Below, piece after piece: positions 26,201-37,404 of a stretch of 64,000 nucleotides of DNA. A program made the translations under genes and the position numbers. Below the pieces are notes generated by a model. That model was not told where the DNA came from. It saw nothing but the letters and a program-made list of their open reading frames with translations, and searched no databases. The DNA comes from Bilabrum cf. latius (taxonomy: Eukaryota): the NCBI GenBank assembly GCA_965178125.1, contig OZ237738.1, positions 496,001 to 560,000 of the forward strand, read 5' to 3'. Each line of letters opens with the position of its first letter. Positions within the stretch are counted from its first letter, which is position 1.

Positions 26201-29200
26201 ACATCTCTCCGACCACCATGTGCCCGCCGAACGTGTCCTCCTCCTCGCCGTCCGCGACGGCCTCCATGTTGGACGTGATCCGCACGTTGCGGTTCAGCAC
26301 GCCCACGGCCGCGGCCAGCGTCACCGAGCGGCCCCCACCGAGGTCCACGGTGCCGGCAAAGTGGCGGTGCTCCAGCGCGGGCGAGAACCCGACCGTGCGG
26401 CCGTTGCTGCTCACGGAGCTCACGGTCACCGTCTCCAGCTCGTTGGGGTTGGAGCCGGAGCCGGGGTACTCGGTCGGCGCGATGGTGATGCGGTCCCCTA
26501 CCTTGATGTCGGTGTCGCGGTCCAGGGTGATGGACGTGTCGTCGTCGTCGGCGGTGGACGCCAGCTTGGCCCAGGTCACGTCCCGCTTGGCGCCGTACAT
26601 GAGCAGCTCGCCGCCCACGAAGATCACCTTGTCGTCGAGGTAGATGTCGTTGTCCACCACGGCCCCGTCGTCGATCTCGCCGCGCTTGGAGAACAGCTTG
26701 ATCTCGGCGTTGGCGCCGCGCCACGGCACGGCCTCGGTGCCGATGGTCACCCGGCCAAAGATGAGCAGGTGCTCGCAGTTGAGCTTCCTCGAGGTCCCGT
26801 CGTTCCGGAATTCCACGATGCCCTCCACCCGCACGGTGCGGTAGGCCGGGCTGTCGGTCAGGTCGTACACCAGCTTGACGGTGTTGGGCACCAGCAGGTC
26901 GTCGCGCGTGCCGTGCTGGTCGGCGGGGAAGTACTCGCTCCACAGCAGCTCCTCCTGAATGTCAATCACGCCCGGCGCGCGGCAGCCCTCGGGCGGGCAC
27001 TGCATCACCTTGGAATCGAAGCGGTGCTTGGTGTACCGGTGGGGGTTCCAGGGCCCGCGGGTGTCGTTGTGCGTGGCGGTCGACGGAGTCACGTTGCGGT
27101 TGTTCATCACCACGTACCAGCGGTTGGAGGTCTGGTTGTACCACCCGGTGCCCATGTCGTCCGTGGGCGTCGGCCTGCGCTCCACCCCGAACGGGTTGCC
27201 GGTCCAGTTGCCGATGGGCGGGCGCTCCCAGTACAGGCTGCGATGCGACTGGTAGTTGGACTTGGTGCGGTCCTGCTGCAGGTAGCCCGACGAGTCGGGG
27301 TCCACGGTCTGGTGGCTGGGGTTGAAGGGCATGCGCACCTCGTATCTGTGAGCGTAGTACGTCCTGTTCACAGACCACATCACCCACTCGTTGTCGTCGG
27401 ACGTCACGTAGGCGGGGTCCGAGTACCTCAGGCGCAGCCAGTTGAAGTCCACGCCGTACACCCGGTCGTTGTCGTACCGGCGCATCGAGGCGTCGTACAG
27501 CTTGCCGGTCACGATCGGGCTCACCCAGCCGTAGATCTCCTTGGGAAGGAACTGCTGAATGTCCCAGGCCTCGTCGGCTGTGTCCCTCCGCACGGTCATG
27601 GCCAGGTTCTGGTCGTCCAGCTCGCGCGGCGTGTACTGGTCCAGCTACAGCCGGCGCACCTTGACCGAGTCGTCGCACACGATGCCGTTGTCGTACTCCA
27701 CACCCTGCCTCTCGCACTGCCCGGGCCACACGTTGAACGCGCGGTAGGCTGTGGCCCACCCGCCGGCGGTGCCAGTCAGGCTGCCATCGTCATCCTAAAA
27801 GATCTGCTTGTAGGGCGCCGTGAAGCGCACGCGCTTCGTGGAGTTGAAGAATCGAAGCCCAGAGAAACGGAAAGTGTACCCGCCCTGCTTCATATCGGTC
27901 TGGCTAGCGCACTTGGCGCATCCGGCGATGGCGCCTCCGCTGCCGTACCCCACGAAGGTCAGGTCCTTGCCGTAGTAGTACTCGTCCTGGGGGGCGAACA
28001 GGCCCAGCTTGCCGCCAGTGCCGGGGGTCGTGGGGTGGTCAGGGTCGCGCACGTACAGGTTGCCTTCCGAGTTGGGCTGGTGCGCGGGAGGTCCGTACAC
28101 CTTCTTGAGCTTCACGCGCCTCTCGTCGTCGCCGCCGTTGCCCATGAGCTTGAAGTGCTTGAGCCGGATGGCGCCGCCCTGCTTGTTGAAGATGCCGTGA
28201 GCGCCGTTGCGGTAGGACGTGAGGTTGGTGTACGTCTAATACATGTCCGGAGGTCCTTCTGCTTCATTGCATGGGTTCTTGTACGGCAGGTACACGGGGT
28301 AGATGCGCAGCCCCTGCACGCCGTTGGCCTGCGCCGTGTTGTTGTGGAACTGCCCCAGGTGGTCGTGCACGGGGCAGATGGAGGTGGTGAAGGACGGTCC
28401 ATGGGGAGCGCCAGGGAGTTCATGCCAATATCCGTCGTTCTACCCACCAGCGGCATAGTTGCCAGTCCATATTTGCTTGGGGCTGGCTGCCCAGAAGGAC
28501 GCCGGCTTCATGTCGCCCTTGAGGGCGTTGAAGAGGCGGATGGTCCCGGCCACGAGGTTCTCATCGATCACGTTCCACTCCTCGGCGCCGTCCTCCACGA
28601 AGACGCTGTGTCCTCTTACCCTGGTGCATGCGATGGAGAAGACGGTGTAGTACTTGCTGCCGTGGATGGTGGCGCACCTCTGGTTGGAGTCGTGCACGGC
28701 CAGCGACTTGACGTAGTGGTACCTGGCCTGGGCGCCGGCCATGTGGGTGTGCGTGGGATACCGGCCAAGGATACCTCCCTGGCCCGCCCTGCGCACCTCT
28801 GCGTTCTCAATGCGGTAGATGCCCCCGTTCATGGCCATGGTGTGGCCGCCGAAGAGCTGCCTGGCGTACGTCACCTGGGTGCCGGACCCCTGGATCACCA
28901 CGTTCCTCGTCTCGAGGCCCACGCCCGCGGACAGATCCGCGTCGGAATGGCCGTACGGCTCGCCGTCAAAGATCTGGTACCTGTGCGTGTACCTCAGGGC
29001 CCGGGTCAGCCTCAGCCGGGTGGGCGACAGCACCTCGGCGACCTCGACGTCCTCCTGCTGGCGGTACGACCTCGTGGACGAGGTCACGAAGAGCCTGTCG
29101 CCCACGCGCCAGTCCACGGGCTCCTGCATCTCGATCACGTCCGATCCGGCCTCGCTCGTGGCCCCCAGCCTGGTCCAGGACCTCTTGCGCGGCTCGCCGT

Positions 29201-32200
29201 GCACCTCGAGGATGGCGTGCTGGCGGTGGGGCACGATCTCGTTGCGGGCGGCGCGGTCCGACAGAGAGAGCGTCTTGGCGCCGATCCCGGGCAGCTCGAT
29301 GTCCCTCCAGCGGTCTCCGTGCAAGGTGACGGTGACCTTGTTGGTGAACGGGTTGTCCTCCTCTCCGATCTGGAAATGCCCGCCGTGCACCCAGATGTAC
29401 GTCGACTGCAGGTGCAGCCCGTCCTTGCGGTCAAAGACCAGCTCGCCCTGCACGAGGATCAAAAAGAGGCGGGGCGGGCTCACGTCCAGGAGCACAGCCT
29501 GCCCCTCGGGGATGATCACCGTGTCTCCCTCCACCGGGGGCTCGTTGCCGGCCCACGTGGTGCGGGCGCTCCAGAGGTCCAGGTACCTAAAGTACACGGT
29601 CGAGTTTCCGATTGCCAGGCCGCGCCCGGCCACGGTCACGTCCACGGAAGGCTCGCGGATGCGGTCCCGGGCGCCCGAGGTGCACACGATCTCCGTGTCC
29701 GACGCGCTCGTCACGGTGCACGGCACGCCGTTCAGCGACACGGCCACGTCGGCGGTCGCCACCGAGGCGCCAAAGTTGGTGCCCGTGATGGTGACGGCCG
29801 TCCCGCCCAGCGCGGTGCCGAACACGGGCGAGATGCCGCCGTACGTGGGCGTCGAGCTCGTCTCGTAGTCGACCGTGCCGAGGCCGGACGTGTCCACGTC
29901 GACGGCGATGCCGGCGCTGCCGGCGGGCAGCGTCACCGACACGCCGCACTCGCCCGAGGTCACCGTGCTGCGGGTCACGCCCTCGAACTCGAGCTCGTTC
30001 ACGCGGCAGCGGCCGTTGCTGGACCTGTACCGCAGGTACCTGTACCCGTCCTCGGCGCCCAGGTCGTTGGTCTGCCTGCCCTCGGGCCCGTTGATGATGT
30101 CGATGTGGTTCCAGCCCTCGAGGATGGCGTTCAGGTCCACCGTCACGAGGTTGGTCCACGTCGTCCCGTCGTTGCTGCCCTCCACCACGGCCCCGCGCGT
30201 GTCTGCGATGCGCCAGAAGTCGGGGTACCAGGCGAACCGGGTCAGCACGGCCTCCCTGCCCTCGCCAAAGTCCATGCCCACGTGGCACGACGACGAGGAC
30301 GAGCTCGCGGTCGAGGCTGCGTCGCCGTCGAAGGCGTTCACGGCGCCGCTCATCTGGTTCTCGATCAGCACGGCGTCCGGGTGGGTGCCCCGCGTCATGA
30401 ACACGCGCGGCGTCTCCGAGTTGAAGGTCGTCAGCGCCTCGGCGTTCACCAGCGGCGCGGTGCGGCACTTGAGGGTCGAATAGGTGCTGCTCACGACCTC
30501 GCAGGACGTGTCGCAGACGCCCACGGCGGGCAGGTGCGCCACGGCGGCGGCCGAGTCGGAGCCCTCCGCCACGGCGGCGTCGCGCGCGGCGTACGCCGCC
30601 GCGGCCTCGGCCTCGGACACGGTGGGGAAGCCCTTGCCGGCGATACTCACGACGGCCCCGCCGCCAAAGCTGGAGGACGCGCCGGAGAGCCCCGTGGCGG
30701 CGTGGGCGGCGGTAAACACGGTCAGGGACGGGTCGCTGGACCACGCGAGGCCCTTGCCGGCCACGGTCACCCGCGGCGCGTGGGACCCGCCAAAGGCGTC
30801 GCCCACGGTGCACTCGACGGCTGTGTCGCTCCAGCTCTGCACGGCGCAGTCGGCCCCGCCGATGGACACGCTGCTCTGCCCCTGGGCCGCCTCGAAGCCG
30901 GACCCCGTGAGGGTCACGTCGGTGCCCTTCTCGCCGCTCTGGGGGCTGATCTCGTCCAGGTGCGGGGTCAGGGTCGTGTTGCCCACGTCGGTCGAGTGCG
31001 CGCCGGCCAGCGTCTCGGTCGCCACGACAGAGGCGCCGTCCGCGGACAGCACCTGCACGCGCACGGAGGACGTCACGACGCCGGGGGCGTTGGTGAACCC
31101 GGGGGTCATCACGGTCACGGAGCGGTGGGTGGCGCCCGGCTGCACCGCGGCCGCCTTGGTGGCGGCCGACCCCAGCTCGCTGCCCACGAAGGCGACCGCG
31201 TTGAGCTCCGTCGAGGAGTCGCTGCCGGCGTCGAAGCCGTACCCGCTGATGGTCACCAGCTGCCCGCCCCCGCTCGAGCCCTCCACGGGGGAGACGCTGT
31301 CGATGGCCAGGACGTGCGTGTGCTGCGGGGGGGTCGCGGGGCTCGTCACGTTGGCGAGGCCGTACCCGGCCACGTGCGCCGTCACGGCCACGGTGCCGGC
31401 GCGGTCGTCGGCCACGGTGCACACCACCCTGCCGAGCGTCTCGGCATCAGAGTCGTCCGCGATGGCGCAGTCCTTGGCGCCCACCTTGATGGTGGTGTCG
31501 CCGCCGGTCTTGAAGCCGCTGCCCTCCACGGTGATCTCGTTCGAGGCGGCGCTGTACGTGGCGCTGCTGATCTGGGGGGTGCGCGCCTCGTCAAAGGCGT
31601 AGTCGCACGTCCCGCTCGCGGCTCCGGCGCCGCACGCCCACGTGGCCGAGATGCGGTTCACGCGGACCTCCCAGCGGCCGCCCTGGATGCCGTCCGTCAG
31701 CGCGTCCGTGGTGACCCCGGGGGGCAGGCGCGTGATGGCGTCCGCGGTCGTGCAGGTGATCTCGCTGTCCGAAGCGGCCGTGACCTCGCACGGCACGGAC
31801 ATGAAGAGGTCCTCGTCCGTCACGTTGGCGAAGAACTGCACCAGGTTGCCCTCGAGGCTCGAGCTGAAGCCGGCGCCCGAGATGGTCAGCACGGTGCCTC
31901 CAGCCCAGCTGCCGGACGAGGGGGACACGGACTCGACGCGGAAGCCGGTGTCCAGCTCCACCCCGGAGTCCACGGCGGCGTACCCAGAGTTGTCAAAGTA
32001 CACGAGTGGGGTCAGGGCGGCCTGGGGCGGGGCCAGGGGGGCGGCCCTCAGCAGCTCGCAGGCGATCGTGGTGGCCGTCAGCGCGGTCACGCGGCAGGAG
32101 CGGCTCCCGAAGGAGACCTCCACGCCGTCGGCGGCCAGCCCGCTGGGCAGGTTGCTCGCGGTCAGCGTGACGGTGCCGGTCACGGCGGACGACAGGCTCG

Positions 32201-35200
32201 ACGGGCTGATGGCGGACACGGTGGCCACCACGCTCGAGTCGTACGCGAAGGCGCCCGACTCGGTCACTCCGTTCACCACCACGTCCACGGTGGCGTCCTC
32301 CTGGCCCGACCCGGCGGCCGGCGCCACGCACACGATCTCAGAGGCGGTCGCGCTCACGACGGCGCAGGCGCTGCCGTCCACCGTCACGGTGTTGTCGGTG
32401 CTGGCGTCCATGGGGTGGAAGCCGGTGCCGGTGATGGTCACCAGGGCGCCGCCCTCGCTGCTGCTGCCGCTCGCCGGCGACACGCTGTCCACGCGGGTCG
32501 TGTACGCGATCTGCGAGAGGCCGGACGCGCGCGCGGCAAAGCCGATGCCGCGGCCCACCTCCACCTCGATGTCGAAGGTGCCGGCGCTGCCGTGGCCCAT
32601 CGTGCACGTGATGCTCGTGGCGGTCGACGCAGTCACGGCGCACGAGGCGCCGCCCACCCTGACGTCGGTAAAGTACGTCGCGTCGTCGCACACGCCGTCC
32701 GTGCTGGCGTCGTCGCCGCAGCTCGTCGTGGTCGGCAGGCTGGAGGGGTCGAACGCGAGGAAGCCCTCGCCCGTGATGGTCAGCTCGTCGCCCTCGTCCA
32801 CCGAGGTGCTCGACACGCTCGTCACCGCGGGCGTGACGGCCTCCGAGTAGGCGAAGCTGCACGCGCGGGACTTGCCGGGCAGCGCGTGACCGGTGGCGTT
32901 GATGCCGAACATGTGGGTGTCGCAGCTGGCGCGCACGCCGTTGGACACGACCTCCACGGGGCCCACGTGCTGCCGGGAGCCCTCGGCGAGGACGGCCTCG
33001 GGGCCGAACGACGTGAAAGCGGTGCCGCTGCGCATCTGAGGGGGCACGGGGAGCGCCGTCTCCAAGAAATCGGCGGGCAGGGGGGTGTAGTCCACGCCCT
33101 CGGACCCGTCCCGCAGGGTCGTGTTCCTGAACCTGGCCTCGTTGCCGGCGGTGATCCTCGTCGTGTTCATCACCAGCTGCTTGAAGTCCTTGCCCCAGGG
33201 CTTCACGAACGAAATGCGCCAGTTGGATCCGTCGAGCGGGTTGCCGCCGCGAGACACGGTCACGTCGTCGATGCCCACCAAGGCCTGCACGGCCTGCTCC
33301 ACCTGGGCGTCGGTGGCATCGTACCTCAGGTAGTCGCTCGTCTGGTTGCCGTAGTGCAGCTGGAAGAGACCGTCGAGCGGCTCAGAGGCCTCCGTGGTGA
33401 TGCCGTCGAGGCTGCCGGCCGTGGCGGGCTCCAGCGTGAAGGACTGCCCGGCGGGGGCGCGGAGGAAATCGCTGCCGCCGGCAGACACGGGACGCGCGGG
33501 GCGCCTGCGGTTCCGGCTGGGGCAGTGCAGCGTGATGTCCCAGTGGTAACCGTCCACCACCTCCTCGCCGTTCACGTCCTTGTTGATCGTCACGCGGCTC
33601 ACCCCGATGGACCGGCACTGCGCGGCGTAGCGGTTGTCGGCGTCGCGGACCCCGCGGTACGCGTTGTACACGTCCCTCCAGCCGGCAGACCGGCTCAGCT
33701 CGCCGGACGAGTACTCCTGCCCGTCGGCCGCGACCATGCGCAGGCGCCATTTGCCGGAGCTGGCTCCCTTGACGGTGACCCGGTGCACCTCGCGGACCAC
33801 GGAGGAGATCAGCTACACGTTCTGCACCTCCTGGATGCCCCTGAGCGCCATGGCCGTGGGGTGCACCTGGAAGTCGTCGGGCGTGATCTCCACGCCCAGG
33901 TTCATGTACTCGTCGCCGCTGCCCTCCACAAACCGGGCGCGGGCGTACCTGCGCTCGCCGGCGGTCATGTGGATGGGGTCGGAGCGCATCCTGGCGTCGC
34001 GGAACTCGTCCGTGGTCACGTGGGGCGCGGTCACGATGGTGGTCATGGAATCGGAAGACTCGTCGTCGGACATCTCAAACCAGCCGTCGTCGTCCACCCG
34101 CGGGATCTTGAACACGTACGTGCCCGTGTAGGGGGCCACGAAGAATCCGGTCCAGTCGATCGCGTCCGTGTACAGCCTGTGGCTGCTCCGCTGCAGCTGG
34201 ATGGCGCCGGTCTCCACGCTCGTGGAGCGCAGGTGAGTGTTGGGGTTCCAGTTCCTCTCGGAGAACTCGCGGCGGACCCAGCCGCGCTGGGCGGGGACCA
34301 TGAGGTTTGCCCGGGCGGCCGCGGCGGTCTCTGCGTCGGTCAGGTTGCGGTCCGCGGGCGAGTCGAACGCGAAGGAGGAGGTCTTGCAGGTGATCTCGGT
34401 GCCGTCAGCCGACACGCTCTGCACGGCGCAGGGGCGCCCGGCCAGCTCCACGGTGTTGTCCTCCATGTCGGGGTCGAAGTTGGACCCGGTGATGGTCACG
34501 AGCGACCCTCCCTCGGTGCTGCCCTGGTGGAAGTCCAGGGAGGACACGTGGGGGTGGGACGTGAACTGCCACACCTCGCCGGTGCGGGCGTCCACCTGCT
34601 TGGCGCGGGACCGGGGCCACGCGGCGCCGCCGCCGAGGCCGCCGCTGGTCACCTCGGTGGTGTGCAGGGTGAAGTTGTGGCGGCCGGGCGCCACGCCGTC
34701 GGGCACGGTGCAGTGGGCGATGCCCACGTGCCAGTCGTGCGAGCGGATGCGGCTCGGCTCGGGGTTGTTGTCCTCGGTGAGGTCGCAGTTGAAGCCTCCC
34801 ACCTTGGCCGAGTGCTCCTCGTAGTTGGACGTCTGCAGGTACCCGGTGTACTGCATGTCGTCGCCCGCCTTGCCGCCGTAGGTCAGCTCGTGCAGGTAGG
34901 GCGTGCGCCTCGGGTGGTCCCAATACTGGAAGCGGCAGTCGTTCGAGGCCACGCACTCGGCCTGGATGCCGCGGTCCACGGCGGTGCCGGTCACGCTGAT
35001 GGTCTGCCAGGCAGTCCGCAGGTCGGGGCTGGGCGGGGTGTAGCACACCAACTGGCGAGCAGTCTGGTAGTAGCTCTCGCACTGCATCTCGTTCGTGCCG
35101 AGGTATGCCGCGACTGAGCCCTCGCGGCCGTCCAGATCGAATCCAGACCCGGTGATGGTCACGCGAGTGCCGCCGGCAGCCGATCCCTGCCTGCGGTACG

Positions 35201-35412
35201 GAATCGATGGGCGCGTCAAGATTCGTCTAGGGTGGGGCCCGGGGGAGGGGCAATCCGAACGCGGTCAAGGCCTAGATTGGCGCCATCGAAACGCGCCTCT
35301 TCACAAATTTAGCTCACCGTACGTCAATGCCGGTGATAGTCATTCGAGTGTGTGCATCCTGCGCGACCGCAGTCGCTGCAAGGAACGCGACGACCGAAGC
35401 CGTCGTGTGCAT
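23271..35412 (-). CDS. Fibrocystin-L/PKHD1L1-like giant type I membrane protein (~4004 aa): signal peptide, IPT/TIG repeats, PA14-like, two G8 domains, beta-helix repeats, one TM helix
   Basis: Four same-frame ORFs joined by five TAGs (33813, 28440, 28236, 27795, 27645). First exon MHTTASVVAFLAATAVAQ; intron 35191-35317. Many PxxGSxxGGTxVTITGxGF motifs; G8 (WAGNEPPVEGDTVIIPEGQAVLLD); TM IGAGLIAGAVVGGLVVVGLVLVGLFFVY; ends TGA. Confidence 0.9.
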
Positions 35413-36118
35413 GTTGCTGCTTGTTCGTTGTCTCTGCGGTGCACGGCAATAGGCGGAGAAATAGCTCCATACAAGTAGCTCAGGCAAGCATACACCATGG
35501 TATCGTTACCATTTCTCGTATACCGCGGCTCAACGCCCGGGCGAGGCAACGTAGGACCCGAAGCTGATCGGCAAAGAGTAGAAACAAACGCCAACGCAAG
35601 CTTCCGAACACGAACATCCTCACCTTTTGCGTTCTGTGCTGCTGCTTTCGGTGAAGCGCTTGCAAGATAGCTGCAATAATAAGGAGAAAAACATCTTTGG
35701 CGGGGTACATGTGGCAATACGCCCTAATATATGCCTCAATCAGCACAAAGGATACGGAGCGACGCGCGCGCAAAGCCTGTAGAGGGTGTGCGCGCTGACA
35801 CAGCCACCCGTGGACAACATTTCACCACTAGGATGGACCAATATCATTCAAACTAATTATTCTTACCGATATTCGGCGCGTCTCTCAAGGAGTGCAGCCG
35901 GTAGTTATGCGTTGGATCGCAGGTTCCTGCGCATCGTCGATGGGACAAACAATTCTTGCGGAACAATGGTCGCATGCGCGGCGCCGTTCGATGGATGGTC
36001 GCAAAACGCGACCTAAATACCAGGCTTCACAGGATCATGCTAGACAACAAAACACTATCAAAATAGGAACGATGCTTGCCATGATGCGCGATTCGAGGCA
36101 CTTGGCGCACCTCAATCG

Positions 36119-37234
36119 TCAGCTCTGCACGCACCGGCCCCGGGAACCAGACCCAGAGCCGTGCCGCGATTCGACGTGGGATACGAGAGCGACCGGGTCG
36201 CTGAAGCGCTCACCACATGTAGGGCACACCTCCCGGCCTGAAGGGGCGCGCCCATTGCTGCCCGACGACCCGTTTCCTGCACCCACGACTGCGCCCGCGC
36301 CTGCCTGCCGCAGCGAGGCAGCCAGCGCTGCCTGCATCGCTGCATCATCCCCGCCACCGACAGAGGCACCGGGCACGCCAGCACCCGAGCCCATGCTGCC
36401 GCCTGCAGCAGCAGCACCCGCTGCTCCATGCGCAGCCTCTACGTGCGCCACCAGCTCGATCGGGCTCGCGAACCGAGCAGAGCAGTGGGGGCAAGCCTCC
36501 CTGCCTGCGGCGCTGCCTCTGGTGGTGTCTCCCGCCCTGCTGCTCCCGCTCCGTCCCGCCGCTCGGTTGGCCCTCCATTCGGCCAGCTGCTGCTCCGCGG
36601 GAGTGGGGCCCAGGCCTCTGCGCGCTGAGGACGAGGGCGGCTTCGACTTCGATTTCGCTGCCCCGGCCCCGCGAGCTCCACCAGAGGCGGCCGTGGGTGC
36701 AGGTTTGGAGGACCCTGCGGGTCTCCGCTGCCTGGCGGCCTTTGCTCTGCTGGCAGCGGCGGCGGCGCGCCGCTCCCTGTCTTGCGCCCTTCGCCTTTCC
36801 TGGGCCTTTAGCCGCGTGCAATCGTGCGACTCGGGCAGCCTGTGCCGAAGGCAGGTATCCATGCCGCATGTTGAACAACGCTATCGGTTGCTGATGGTCA
36901 TAATTTCTTTGCATCCTTTGACTGGGCAAGTGCGCCTCCGGGCCCTTGCCGCCGTTTCCTTGGCTAGCTTGCGCTCGCATTCGCCAGACGCGAGATGCCT
37001 CTCGAAAACTTCATTGATGTCCAGAGATGCATCAATTTTCACCCCAGTATCGCATAAAGGGCAGACGAACGCCCGCATTTCCTTCGCCTTCGCCGACTCG
37101 CACGTGTGAGCCGAATACGTCCTGTGGCTCAAGCAGAACATTTTACCGCAACAGTCGCACTTGAATGGCAGGAAATCCTACTATCTACAGCTAGGGACCG
37201 CACATCGCGCGCCAACCGTGCTAAATTCGACCAT
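36119..37234 (-). CDS. AN1-type zinc-finger protein (ZFAND2/AIRAP-like, ~371 aa) with UIM-like segment, further Zn fingers and CaaX end
   Basis: MVEFSTVGARCAVPSCR**DFLPFKCDCCGKMFCLSHR, CPLC, second AN1 CLRHRLPESHDC, DDAAMQAALAASL, C-terminal CVQS. TAGs at 37181, 37178, 36881; ends TGA. Confidence 0.88.
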
Positions 37235-37404
37235 AATTCGTGCGTGTAGATTGTGACGGGGGACGCTGATTTACTTTGTGGCGAAACCGATTGTTTACGA
37301 CTCCGGATTGTCAACTCGTCACACTGGACCGAGCGCTGCTTTTTTGGCGAGCAAGTTTCCACCTGAAATTGCTCCGCAGTGGAGCCTAGCATTAGCTAAT
37401 TAAG

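Noticed and set aside
24144-35117. 3657-aa plus-strand ORF
   Set aside because: Antisense shadow of the high-GC3 fibrocystin-L-like gene; R/G/H/V-rich with no recognisable domains.
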